In this document: positions 50,945-63,249 of the stretch, piece after piece
Position numbering within the stretch: the first letter of the stretch is position 1
Layout of the letters: each line of letters starts with the position of its first letter
Assembly: GCA_963668695.2 (NCBI GenBank)
Contig: CAXXLQ010000004.1
Span: 3,849,788-3,913,787 of the forward strand
DNA length: 64,000 bases
Direction of reading: 5' to 3'
Source: Vicinamibacteria bacterium
GTDB taxonomy: Bacteria > Acidobacteriota > Vicinamibacteria > Marinacidobacterales > Marinacidobacteraceae
The notes under the pieces: generated by a model
Told to the model about the DNA's origin: nothing
Seen by the model: only the letters and a program-made list of their open reading frames with translations
The model's database searches: none
Translations under genes and position numbers: made by a program

Positions 50945-52749
50945 CGCTCGGTCTCGATCCAGCGGCGGATGACGGTGTCCAGCACCGGGAGGGTGACCGG
51001 GCCGTTCAGCAGCACCGCGTCGTGGAAGGCGCGGACGTCGAAGGCGTCGCCAAGCTCGGCCTCGGCGAGGGCGCGCATCTCGCGGAGCTTGAGTTCCCCC
51101 ATCTTGTAGCCGAGGGCCTGCCCCGGCCACGCGATGTAGCGGTCGGTCTCGGTGGTGATCTCGTGGATCGAGAGGGCGGTGTTGGCGGCCAGGTAGTCGA
51201 GGGTCGCTTGCCTCGTCCAGCCGAGGGCGTGCATCCCGGTGTCCACCACCAACCGGCAGGCCCTCCACATCTCGTAGGTGAGCCTGCCGAAGTTGTTGTA
51301 AGGGTCCTCGTAGAAGCCGACCTCGAGTCCGAGCCGCTCCGAATAGAGCCCCCAGCCTTCGCTGTAGGCGCCGATCCCGAAGTAGCGGCGGAACTCGGGC
51401 AGGTCGAGTTCCTTGGCCAGGGAGATCTGGAGGTGGTGGCCGGGGACCGCCTCGTGGAGCGAGAGCGACTCCAGGGTGTAGAGCGGCCGGCTGTCGAGCT
51501 GGTAGGTGTTGACCCAGTAACGTCCGGGCTGGGTTGAAGTGAGCGCCGCCCCGACGTAGCGGCCGCCGGTGTACTTCGGGGCGATGGCGTCCGGGACCGG
51601 CTCGACGGTGTAGGGCTGGCGCGGGAGGCGCCGGAAGAGCCGCGGCAGCGCTCCGTCCATGCGCTTCACGATCCACATCGCCTCCCGCAGCAACTCTTCG
51701 GGGGTGTCCACGTAGAAGCGGGGATCGGTGCGCAGGAACTCGAGGAACTCGGCGAAGGTCCCCTCGAACCCGGTGGCGCGCATCGCCTCTTCCATTTCGG
51801 CCCGGATGCGCTCCACCTCGGCGAGGCCGATTTGGTGGACCTCCTCGGCGGTCTGGTCGAGGGTGGTGAAGCGGCCGATCAGGAACGCGTAGTACTCGCG
51901 CCCGTTCGGCAGCTCGGAGGCGCCGATGCTCGTTCGGGCGGCGGGCCGGTATTCGTCCTCGAAGAAGTCGAGAAACGTCTGGTACGCGGCCGCCGCTCCG
52001 CTGAGGATCGCCTCCGCTCCCTCGGCTCGCAGCCGGCCCCGCTCGGCCTCCGGGATCCGCTCGGGGAGCGAAGCGAAGGGCGCGTAGAAGACGCTTTCCT
52101 CCGGGTCTTCGACCACGTGGCTCGCGATCGTGACCTCGTACCCCTCGAGGACCACCCGGGGCACGGTCATTCCGAGTTCCATGCCGCGCCGCATGAGGGC
52201 GATGTGCTCCTCGAAGTAGCGGGGAATGTCGCGGAGCAGCGCGATGTAGGCGTCGTAGTCGGCCGCCGTGCGCAGCGGAAGCGAGTTCGGGAGGCGCGCC
52301 ATCCCGATGTGGAATCCGGAATCGGCGTTGATCGGGAGGAAGTGGCCGCCGAACTGCGCGTCACCGATCTGCTCGGCGAGCGCCGCCTCGAAGATGTCCC
52401 GATGGACCTGGTCGTCGTCCGAAAGCCGCTCGCGGGGGATTTCGAGCAGCCGGTCCCGGAAACCGCGCGCCGCCGCCGCGCGCCGCTCGCTGTCGGCCTC
52501 GGTCATGGAGCCGAGAGTCGTCGGGGAAACGCCGTCGAGCGAGGCCGCAAAACGGGGCTCCTCCTGGCGGCGGAACTCCATGAAGTCGTCGAAGAGCGCG
52601 TGGAGTTCGGCATCACCCGACGCGGGAACCGGCTGGGCGGGCGCCGGCGCGGGAACCGGCTGGGCGGGCGCCAGCGCGGGAACAAGCCCCGCCACCCCGA
52701 GCCAGAGGCCGATCCGGAGCGCGCGGGCGCAGAAGAGCGTGGAAATCAT
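50941..52749 (-). CDS. DUF885-family secreted protein (HExxxxH putative metallopeptidase)
   Basis: HEAVPGHH, EGWGLYSE, RACRLVVDTG and RYIAWPGQALGYKMG motifs. Confidence 0.92.
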   Translation of the reverse strand: MISTLFCARALRIGLWLGVAGLVPALAPAQPVPAPAPAQPVPASGDAELHALFDDFMEFRRQEEPRFAASLDGVSPTTLGSMTEADSERRAAAARGFRDRLLEIPRERLSDDDQVHRDIFEAALAEQIGDAQFGGHFLPINADSGFHIGMARLPNSLPLRTAADYDAYIALLRDIPRYFEEHIALMRRGMELGMTVPRVVLEGYEVTIASHVVEDPEESVFYAPFASLPERIPEAERGRLRAEGAEAILSGAAAAYQTFLDFFEDEYRPAARTSIGASELPNGREYYAFLIGRFTTLDQTAEEVHQIGLAEVERIRAEMEEAMRATGFEGTFAEFLEFLRTDPRFYVDTPEELLREAMWIVKRMDGALPRLFRRLPRQPYTVEPVPDAIAPKYTGGRYVGAALTSTQPGRYWVNTYQLDSRPLYTLESLSLHEAVPGHHLQISLAKELDLPEFRRYFGIGAYSEGWGLYSERLGLEVGFYEDPYNNFGRLTYEMWRACRLVVDTGMHALGWTRQATLDYLAANTALSIHEITTETDRYIAWPGQALGYKMGELKLREMRALAEAELGDAFDVRAFHDAVLLNGPVTLPVLDTVIRRWIETER

Positions 52750-52866
52750 GAAGCCGATGCTACCGAACCGCCTTCCGCCCGCCCGAGCAACGTTCCGGAC
52801 CGGTGGAGCGCCCGGGACCTCCCGCGGGGCGAGCCGGGTAGACTCGAACCTCGATCGAGGTGCACC

Positions 52867-54561
52867 ATGAATGTGTCAAGAGGGAACGAACACGCACGCA
52901 GAAAATTCCTCGCCTACTTCTCGGGCGCCGGACTGACCACGACGCTCTTCCCCGGCGTGCTTTGGGCGCGTCTCCAGGAGAGCGGCGCGGAGAGCTTGAA
53001 CATCGGCATGATGAAGGAGACCGCGGCTCTCGCCGGGCTTGAGTTCACCGACGAGGAATACGAGCTGATGGTGGACGAGGTCAAGAAGAACTTCGACCAC
53101 TACCACGAGATGCGGCAAACGCACCTCGACAACTCGGTACCTCCTCCCCTCTATTTCAACCCCGCCGTTCCCGGGATGAGGTTCGAGCGCACCGAACGGG
53201 CGTTGCGCCTGAGTGAAGTGCGCGGGGTGTCGCGTCCCGCCAATCTGGAGGATGTCGCGTTCTGGCCGGTGACCCGGTTGGCCCGCCTGATCGAGACGCG
53301 CGAGGTCAGCGCGCTCGAGCTGACCGACATGTATCTCTCGAGGCTCGAGCGGTTGAATCCGGTCCTCAACTGCGTCGTGACCCTCACCACGGACCGGGCG
53401 CGCGAACAAGCGCGGCAGGCGGATGAAGAAATCGCCGCCGGACGCTACCGGGGCCCGCTCCACGGCATCCCCTGGGGCGCCAAGGACATCATCGCGGTGC
53501 GCGGATACCGCACGACCTGGGGCGCCGCCCCCTTCGAGAATCAGGTCCTCGACGTCGACGCCGCCGTCGTCCAGCGTCTGGATGCGGCGGGCGCCGTGCT
53601 CGTCGCCAAGCTCACGACCGGCGAGCTGGCGTTCGGCGACCAGTGGTTCGGCGGGCGCACGAACAACCCGTGGAAGCCGGAGGAAGGTTCCAGCGGGTCG
53701 TCCGCCGGCTCGGGCTCGGCGGCCGGCGGCGGCCTCGTGGGGTTCGCGATCGGAACCGACACGGGCGGATCGATCCTTTCGCCGGCGGTGCGGAACGGCG
53801 TCGTCGGTCTCCGCCCGACATTCGGGAGGGTCAGCCGCTACGGCGTGATGGCCGCCGGGTACACGCTGGACAAGATCGGGCCCATGACGCGAATGGTCGA
53901 GGACAACGCTTTGGTCCTGCATGCCATTGCCGGGCCTGACGACCGCGACCTCGCCGTCGTCGCTGGCGTTCCGTTCAACTGGGACGGTACGGCTTCCGTG
54001 CGCGAACTGCGGTTCGGCTTTTGCGCGTCCGCGTTCGAAGAGGCGGATTCGCCGGAAGGCGAAGCGACTCTCGCACACGCCCGCCGGAGTCTGGACACCC
54101 TCCGCTCGCTCGGCTATGACCTCAAACCCGTGGAGATACCGCGCAATCGACTCTCGTATTTCATCGAGTACGTCGAGCGGTCCGCCGGTTTCGACGAATT
54201 CGCGCGGACCCGGCAGGACACCGACCTGAAGAGGCAGCGGCATCGCGGCGAGCTGCGCGCGTCGCATCTCGTGCCCGCGGTCGAGTATTTGCAGGCCAAC
54301 CGAATTCGCTACCTGTTCATGCAGGAGATGGCCAGCGTCATGGCGGAGCTCGACGTCGTCGTGTCCCCGTGGCGCGCGATCAATCCGCTCACGAGCATGA
54401 CCGGCCACCCGGTCGTAACCGTGCCCAACGGTTTCGAAGAGGACGATACGCCGACCGGGATCTCCCTCATGGGACGGATTTACGGAGAAGAGCGACTCCT
54501 GCTCGCCGCGAAAACGCTTCAGGACGCGACGGACTATCACCACCGCCACCCGAGTCTTTGA
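52867..54561 (+). CDS. Amidase-signature family enzyme, Tat-exported
   Basis: RRKFL signal; GPLHGIPWGAKD, GSSGSSAGS and GTDTGGSI catalytic motifs. Confidence 0.92.
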   Translation: MNVSRGNEHARRKFLAYFSGAGLTTTLFPGVLWARLQESGAESLNIGMMKETAALAGLEFTDEEYELMVDEVKKNFDHYHEMRQTHLDNSVPPPLYFNPAVPGMRFERTERALRLSEVRGVSRPANLEDVAFWPVTRLARLIETREVSALELTDMYLSRLERLNPVLNCVVTLTTDRAREQARQADEEIAAGRYRGPLHGIPWGAKDIIAVRGYRTTWGAAPFENQVLDVDAAVVQRLDAAGAVLVAKLTTGELAFGDQWFGGRTNNPWKPEEGSSGSSAGSGSAAGGGLVGFAIGTDTGGSILSPAVRNGVVGLRPTFGRVSRYGVMAAGYTLDKIGPMTRMVEDNALVLHAIAGPDDRDLAVVAGVPFNWDGTASVRELRFGFCASAFEEADSPEGEATLAHARRSLDTLRSLGYDLKPVEIPRNRLSYFIEYVERSAGFDEFARTRQDTDLKRQRHRGELRASHLVPAVEYLQANRIRYLFMQEMASVMAELDVVVSPWRAINPLTSMTGHPVVTVPNGFEEDDTPTGISLMGRIYGEERLLLAAKTLQDATDYHHRHPSL

Positions 54562-54641
54562 AAAGGTCGCACCGCCGCCGGACCCGTCGCGTTTCGCGCC
54601 ATGACACACACCGTGGTGGAGCACGTTCAGGTCGCGACGGG

Positions 54642-55688
54642 ATGAGGATCGCGCCCCGGATGAGAGAGGCTGCGTTTGCCATCATCCTGATGTCGGCTGC
54701 CGCCGGCCAGGCGGCGGAGCTGCCGGTGGTCAAGCTCTTCACCACCGGCGGCACGATCCAGAGCCTTGGCTCGGATCGCCTGAAGCTCGACGACTATGGC
54801 GACGGGCGCATCGATGGCGAAGCGATCGTCGAAGCCGTGCCCGAGGCCTCTCGGCTGGCGCGGATCGAGGTGGAAGAGATCTCGGCCGTGAGCAGCCTCG
54901 CGATGGGGGCTGAACAGCAACTGCGTCTCGCCCGCGGGATCATGCGCGAGTTGGAGAGGCCGGACGTCGCCGGTGCGGTCGTCACCCACGGAACCACCAC
55001 CCTGGAGGAAACGGCGTATTTCCTCCACCTTACGGTCAAGACCACCAAGCCGGTGGTGGTCATCGGTTCGATGCGGCCCTGGAGCGCGATCAGCCGGGAC
55101 GGGCCGCTCAACTACCTGGGCGCGGTCCGCACCGTGCTCACCCCCGAGGCCGCCGGCAAGGGCGTCATGGTGCTGCTCAACGGCACGATCCACTCCGCCC
55201 GCTTCGTGACCAAGACGCATACCTACCATGTCGAGACGTTCGTGTCCCGCGACGTCGGCCCGCTGGGCTTCGCCGACTCCGATCGCGTGGTGTTCTACCG
55301 CTCGCCCGTGACCCGACACACGGGCGCCACCGAGTTCGACCTCAGCGAGATCGAGTCGCTCCCCCAGGTCGACATCGTCTACGGGTATCAGGAGGCCTCC
55401 CGCGCCTCCATCGACGCGCTGACGAAGGAGGGTGTGAAAGGCATCGTCCTGGCCGACGACTCGCCGGCCTATCGCAACGCCGTGCTGGAGGCCAGGGCCG
55501 CCGGCGTGGTCGTGGTGCAGGGGAGCCGCAAGGGTGCCGGCCGGGTCGTGCTCAGCGCTCGCGCCGCGGCGCGGGGCGAGGTCACGGCCGACAATCTCAA
55601 CCCTCAAAAGGCGCGCATCCTGCTTCGTCTCGCCCTCACCCGGACGACCGACACGAAGGAACTGCAGCGGATCTTCAATGAGTACTGA
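54642..55688 (+). CDS. Type II asparaginase/glutaminase family protein
   Basis: TTGGTI, HGTTTLEETAYF, VTKTHT and DNLNPQKARILL motifs. Confidence 0.9.
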   Translation: MRIAPRMREAAFAIILMSAAAGQAAELPVVKLFTTGGTIQSLGSDRLKLDDYGDGRIDGEAIVEAVPEASRLARIEVEEISAVSSLAMGAEQQLRLARGIMRELERPDVAGAVVTHGTTTLEETAYFLHLTVKTTKPVVVIGSMRPWSAISRDGPLNYLGAVRTVLTPEAAGKGVMVLLNGTIHSARFVTKTHTYHVETFVSRDVGPLGFADSDRVVFYRSPVTRHTGATEFDLSEIESLPQVDIVYGYQEASRASIDALTKEGVKGIVLADDSPAYRNAVLEARAAGVVVVQGSRKGAGRVVLSARAAARGEVTADNLNPQKARILLRLALTRTTDTKELQRIFNEY

Positions 55689-56823
55689 GGGACCCGGGCC
55701 GCGCCGGCGGGTCGCGAAGGGGCGGCGGGCTGTGCTCGGCATCGCCGGGGGAGTCGCGGCGCTCCTGGCGGCGGCCACTCCGGGCGCTCAGGAAATACCA
55801 CCGCTGCCGCCGCCGGGCCTCGATCTGCCGCACGTCGTGCTGGTGTCCGTGGGCGGAGAGATCGCCAGGAACTGCGACACCCGCCTCGAGCTTGCCGGCT
55901 GCGAGACGAACACCGAGAGCATCGGACCGGAGACGTGGACCCGCGACCTGCCCGATCTGCGACTCGTCGCCCGGTTGACGACGGATGACCTGCGGGCTCT
56001 CCCGCGTGCCGATGGGGGATCGACCACGGAGCACTGGTACCGGGTCGCGGGACGTTTGCAGGAACTCGCCGACGATCCCGGAGTTGACGGCGTCGTCGTC
56101 GCCCATGGGACGGCTGGGCTCGCGGACACGGCCTATTTCATGAATCTCGTGGTGCGAACCCGGAAGCCGCTGGTCTTCGTCGGCGCCCAGCGTCCCTGGA
56201 GCGGGATGAGCGGCGATGGCCCGCTCAACCTCTACAACGCGGTTCGGGTGGCCGCGACCCCGGCTGCCGGCGGCAAAGGGGTGCTGCACGCCACGAACCA
56301 GGAGGTGCACGCGGCGCGCGACGTGATGAAGACGAACGCGAACCGGGTGGACGCTTTCCAGAGCGTGGACCTCGGGCTGATCGGGGTGGCGGACCCCGAC
56401 ACCGTCAAGTTCTTCTCCGAACCGACCCGCAGGCATACCTACCGCTCCGAGTTCCCGCTCGCGGCCCTCCCGGAAGCGCTTCCCGCGGTGGAGATCGTGA
56501 CTGCGTATCCGGACGCACCGGGCCGCGTGATCGATGAACTGGTGGCGGCGGGAGCGAAGGGCCTGGTGGTCGATGGCGCCGGGCCGGACAGTCTGTCCGG
56601 CGGCCAGCTCGAGGCGGTGCGACGTGCGCTGGAAAAGGGCGTCGTCGTCGTCGCCACAGCGCCCACGCGCGGCGGCCGCGTGCAACACACGGCTTTCACC
56701 CGCGAGTCCGGAATCATCCCCGGCGACAACCTGGCGCCCGGAAAGGCGCGGACGCTGCTCCGGCTGGCGCTGACGAAGACCACCGACCCCGGGGAGATCC
56801 AGCGAATCTTCCACGAATATTAG
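55678..56823 (+). CDS. Asparaginase-fold protein with a degenerate active site
   Basis: SVGGEI and HGTAG in place of TGGTI and HGTDT; DGPLNLYNAV and DNLAPGKAR retained. Confidence 0.85.
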   Translation: MSTEGPGPRRRVAKGRRAVLGIAGGVAALLAAATPGAQEIPPLPPPGLDLPHVVLVSVGGEIARNCDTRLELAGCETNTESIGPETWTRDLPDLRLVARLTTDDLRALPRADGGSTTEHWYRVAGRLQELADDPGVDGVVVAHGTAGLADTAYFMNLVVRTRKPLVFVGAQRPWSGMSGDGPLNLYNAVRVAATPAAGGKGVLHATNQEVHAARDVMKTNANRVDAFQSVDLGLIGVADPDTVKFFSEPTRRHTYRSEFPLAALPEALPAVEIVTAYPDAPGRVIDELVAAGAKGLVVDGAGPDSLSGGQLEAVRRALEKGVVVVATAPTRGGRVQHTAFTRESGIIPGDNLAPGKARTLLRLALTKTTDPGEIQRIFHEY

Positions 56824-56848
56824 GGACGGCTCCGGACCTCAAGGAACC

Positions 56849-58066
56849 ATGAGACTACGAAAAAGCACCGCAGGCCTGGCCCTGTTCCTTACCGCGCTGC
56901 CTGTGCCGGGTTCCGATGCGATCGCCCGGCAGAACGACGAATCGAGCGTCACGCTTGCCATCGTGGGTCAGGCACTGATCAAGGTGGATCCGCGAGAACA
57001 GTGGCCCAACCCCTTCGCCGGAATCCGACCGATCCTCCGGGATGCCGATGTCGCCTTCACCAACTTCGAGATGGCGGTGGACGACGAGTGCGGCGTTCCC
57101 CCTGACTACCAGGTCGTGCTCGGCGAGCCCGAGCTCGACGAGGAGCAGCGGCCCGGCAACACCGGCGGGCCCCACGCGGTCCGCGAGCACGTGATGGACT
57201 TTCTCGCGTCCATGAATTTCGGTCTCCAGTCCCTCGCCAACAACCATTCGTGGGACCTCGGAGACTGCGGCGTCATGGCGACCATCGCGGCCGCCGAAAA
57301 GTACGGCGTGACGCACGCCGGAACCGGAAGAAACCTGGAGGAGGCGACGCAGGCGGCCATCATCGAGGTGAAAGGCCTCCGGATCGCGCTGCTGGCGGCG
57401 ACGACTTCGCTGGATGAGAGAGACCTCATCCTGCCCACGCCGTCCAGCCCGGGGGTGAATGGCGTCTGGATCGGGCGCCAGGACGACTGGGATCGGAACA
57501 TCGAGGCCGTCCGTTCCGCCGCGCAGCGGGCCGACTTCGTCATCTACTACCAGCACTTCCAGATCACGAATGAGGATCTGTCCGGGGACCGCTCGAGCCG
57601 GGTCCAGGGTCATCTCGAGGTCGACGACGTTCAGGAGTGGCAGTCCCGCTTCGCAAAGGCCGTAATCGACGCCGGGGCCGGCATGTTCATCGCGCACGGC
57701 GATCGCATCTTCGACGGCGTCGAGATCTACCGGGGCAGCCCGATCATCCGGCAGTTCGGAGGATTCGCCTACCAGGGACTCCAGGCGGAGGGCTCCTACG
57801 ATCCGCTCGTGTGGGAAGGGCTCCTGGGGACTGTGACGATTCGGGCCGGACGCGTGAGCGCCATGGAGGTGTTGCCCCTCCGGCTCGACGAGGGGCGGGA
57901 GGGCGAATACGGCGGTGAGGTCGAGTTCCGGCAGAAGCGAGGCTTTTCCGATCTGGCCGCGGCAGAGCAGGGACGCCGGATCCTCGAGCGATTCGCCGAA
58001 CGCTCCCGAAACTACGGCACGAGCGTGCGGCTCGAAAACGGGCGCGCGCTGATCGAGGGCTGGTGA
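56849..58066 (+). CDS. CapA (PgsA)-family metallophosphoesterase-like protein
   Basis: TNFE, SLANNHSWD, HAGTG and VEIYRG motifs; signal peptide. Confidence 0.85.
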   Translation: MRLRKSTAGLALFLTALPVPGSDAIARQNDESSVTLAIVGQALIKVDPREQWPNPFAGIRPILRDADVAFTNFEMAVDDECGVPPDYQVVLGEPELDEEQRPGNTGGPHAVREHVMDFLASMNFGLQSLANNHSWDLGDCGVMATIAAAEKYGVTHAGTGRNLEEATQAAIIEVKGLRIALLAATTSLDERDLILPTPSSPGVNGVWIGRQDDWDRNIEAVRSAAQRADFVIYYQHFQITNEDLSGDRSSRVQGHLEVDDVQEWQSRFAKAVIDAGAGMFIAHGDRIFDGVEIYRGSPIIRQFGGFAYQGLQAEGSYDPLVWEGLLGTVTIRAGRVSAMEVLPLRLDEGREGEYGGEVEFRQKRGFSDLAAAEQGRRILERFAERSRNYGTSVRLENGRALIEGW

Positions 58067-58172
58067 CTGCCCGGGCGGGACGAAAACGCCGCCGACGGAA
58101 CCGGCCCTGTCAGACCCGCGCCTGTCAGACCCACGCAGAAGCCGCGCGCGGCAGCGCGTCGGCGCCTGGGCG

Positions 58173-61028
<2,856 letters not shown>

Positions 61029-61154
61029 GGATCGGGGGCGGGGATTGTAGGTGGGAGCGCCGATCTACAGCCGGGATCGGCTGCCCCCAGGCGAACGAAA
61101 AGCGCCAACACAGCAACCGGAAGCAGGTGAAGGACGGGATAGATTCTCCGCCGG

Positions 61155-61958
61155 ATGGCGAAAGACCACACCGAGATCCCGGTCCTCGCCGGTCTGGGCC
61201 CGGACCCGATCCGGATCCACCACCCGGAGGGCGCGTTCGTCCCGACGCCGGCGAGCCGGGTGGCGCTTCGCGCCATCGGCCGGCAGGCGGATCGGTTTCA
61301 GGGACGGGGACTCGACTGGGGCAGCGGGTCGGGCATTCTGGCGATCGTCGCCGGCCGGATCGCTGCCGTGGAGGAGGTGCTCGGGCTGGAGCTCGACCCG
61401 CGGGGCGTGGCCGCGGCCCGGGAGAATGCCCGGCGGAACGGGATCGAGGACAAGGTCCGGTTCGTCGCATCGGACTCCTACCAGCCCGTCTCGCCAGCAG
61501 GCGCCAGGACGCTCGAGCGGTTTCGCGGCGCCACCGACTTCATCATCGCGAATCCGCCCTCGTCCAGTCCGCAAGGAGACGGCTTCGAGTTCCGGCGGGT
61601 CGTTATGCGAGGGGCCCGGGACTACCTCAAAACGGGCGGATTCCTGCTCCTGAGTGTCTCGACGCAGTACGGTGAGGAGCGGGTTCGAGGGCTCGTGCGC
61701 GCGAATCCCGGATTCGTCCACGACGGGGTGGCCGCCAGCAGCGACTGGGTTCCCTTCGACATGGAACGCCCCGATCTGCGCCAGGACGTGCTCACCTACG
61801 CCCGCGAGGAAGAACGCGGGGGCCTGCGCTACGCGTTCCGCGATCCCCGCGATCCGGAGCGGGAAATGACCGCGGTGGAAGCCTGGAAGCGGCACGAAAC
61901 GGACGGGGAAAGCCCGCTCTCACGCTGGCAGAACCATCTGCTGGTCTGGACGGGGTGA
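61155..61958 (+). CDS. Class I SAM-dependent methyltransferase (PrmC/RsmC-like)
   Basis: LDWGSGSGILAI motif I and IIANPP motif. Confidence 0.85.
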   Translation: MAKDHTEIPVLAGLGPDPIRIHHPEGAFVPTPASRVALRAIGRQADRFQGRGLDWGSGSGILAIVAGRIAAVEEVLGLELDPRGVAAARENARRNGIEDKVRFVASDSYQPVSPAGARTLERFRGATDFIIANPPSSSPQGDGFEFRRVVMRGARDYLKTGGFLLLSVSTQYGEERVRGLVRANPGFVHDGVAASSDWVPFDMERPDLRQDVLTYAREEERGGLRYAFRDPRDPEREMTAVEAWKRHETDGESPLSRWQNHLLVWTG

Positions 61959-61996
61959 GATAGGCGAGACCCCGACCGCAGTGACGGCGCGAAGAA

Positions 61997-62062
61997 GGGA
62001 ACGCCGGCCAGCTCTCCCGGTGGGGGCCTTCAGACCGGCACCGCGGCCCGCAGGGTCGCGAA
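61997..62062. repeat. REP-like hairpin GGGAACGCCGG|CCTTCAGACCGGC interrupted by a variant 19-nt insert
   Basis: Between convergent genes; the same junction occurs at ~34850-34890. Confidence 0.7.
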
Positions 62063-62108
62063 AGAGCGCTCTGCCAACTTTCGTGAAACGCGCTGCCGGA
62101 GCGGTACG

Positions 62109-62663
62109 TCACCCAAACACGTCGAACCGGCGAAGCGCGTCCTGCTGGGCTTCCGTGAGTTCCAGCGGGGTACCGGGACAAGCAGGAAAGATGCGGGCGC
62201 GGTCCCATTCCCCCGTCCGGACGCTCGTCGCGGTGCCCACTTTCACGCCCCGCTCCAAGAGCCGAGCGACCAGCGGCGCGGCCCTGAACAGGAACACCTC
62301 CTTGATTCCCCATGGACGGCCAGTTCCCCGCGAAGTGGCGGCCGAAGATTTGGGACCCGCAAGGACCAAGTAGTAACTCGGAAGGCGTTCCGGGTTGATA
62401 TCAAGGATCCCCTCCCTTCTGCCGTACATCTTGATGTCAACTGATGCTCCGGCCCGGGGACGGGAGCGGAATTGCCCGTCGCTCCCCGGGTTGGTCGCCG
62501 ACTGCTCCAGCTCGATGTCGAAGATCCGGGAGGCGATGAACTCACCGATATGTCCAAGCAGGGCCGGCCGGCCGATCACCCCGGTGATCGCGACCTCGTT
62601 TACATTGCGCTCGCGAATCAACTCCGCGAGTTTCTGGAGGTCCTTCTCGTGGTTCTGATTCAC
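62109..62663 (-). CDS. Hypothetical protein, putative PD-(D/E)XK nuclease
   Basis: GHIGEFIA..GSDG..VDIK pattern. Confidence 0.65.
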   Translation of the reverse strand: MNQNHEKDLQKLAELIRERNVNEVAITGVIGRPALLGHIGEFIASRIFDIELEQSATNPGSDGQFRSRPRAGASVDIKMYGRREGILDINPERLPSYYLVLAGPKSSAATSRGTGRPWGIKEVFLFRAAPLVARLLERGVKVGTATSVRTGEWDRARIFPACPGTPLELTEAQQDALRRFDVFG

Positions 62664-62700
62664 CCCGATCAGGTTCCTGGAACCGCAGCGCCCTCGTGTC

Positions 62701-63249
62701 TCAGGCGCCCGTCAGATCCGACAAGTCCAGTTCCGTTCCCAAAACGGATCGGACGACAATCTCCCGGTAGGACTCTTCCGACACTCTTCGAGCGGACACC
62801 CGTGCCGTCTGCTTGCGAAACCGCAGCGCGGCCCGCTCGAACACGGCCACGTAGGAAACGGGTATGTCGCCATCCCGTGAGCCTCCAGCTTCGACGAGGC
62901 ACAAGGCGTCCAGATAACGCCATAGAGGAAGGGATCGACGGAGTTGTTCCTTGGCCTTCGAGTCTTCTTCGGCAAGGGTCTTCTTCAACTCCACAAGAAT
63001 CACATGCGTGCCCGAAGCGGCCTCGCAGACGAGCAGGTAGTCGCACGAACTCTTCCAGGGCCCATCGGCAACCCTGGACACTCCGAACTTCGCCAGGTGG
63101 ACGGGGGTGACCTCTGCATCTCCTACGGTGAGCGCCACCTCCATTTGGGCCTTGCGCTCTTCCAGAACGATGACTCCATCTTCCTCCCGAACTCCCAAGG
63201 CCTTGTCGTCCAACATCTTGCGAAGCAGAGGCCCAATCGTTGCGGTCAT
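62701..63249 (-). CDS. Hypothetical protein, putative PD-(D/E)XK nuclease
   Basis: SCDYLLV..ILVELK..KAKEQL pattern; TGATG coupling to the ATPase gene. Confidence 0.7.
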   Translation of the reverse strand: MTATIGPLLRKMLDDKALGVREEDGVIVLEERKAQMEVALTVGDAEVTPVHLAKFGVSRVADGPWKSSCDYLLVCEAASGTHVILVELKKTLAEEDSKAKEQLRRSLPLWRYLDALCLVEAGGSRDGDIPVSYVAVFERAALRFRKQTARVSARRVSEESYREIVVRSVLGTELDLSDLTGA

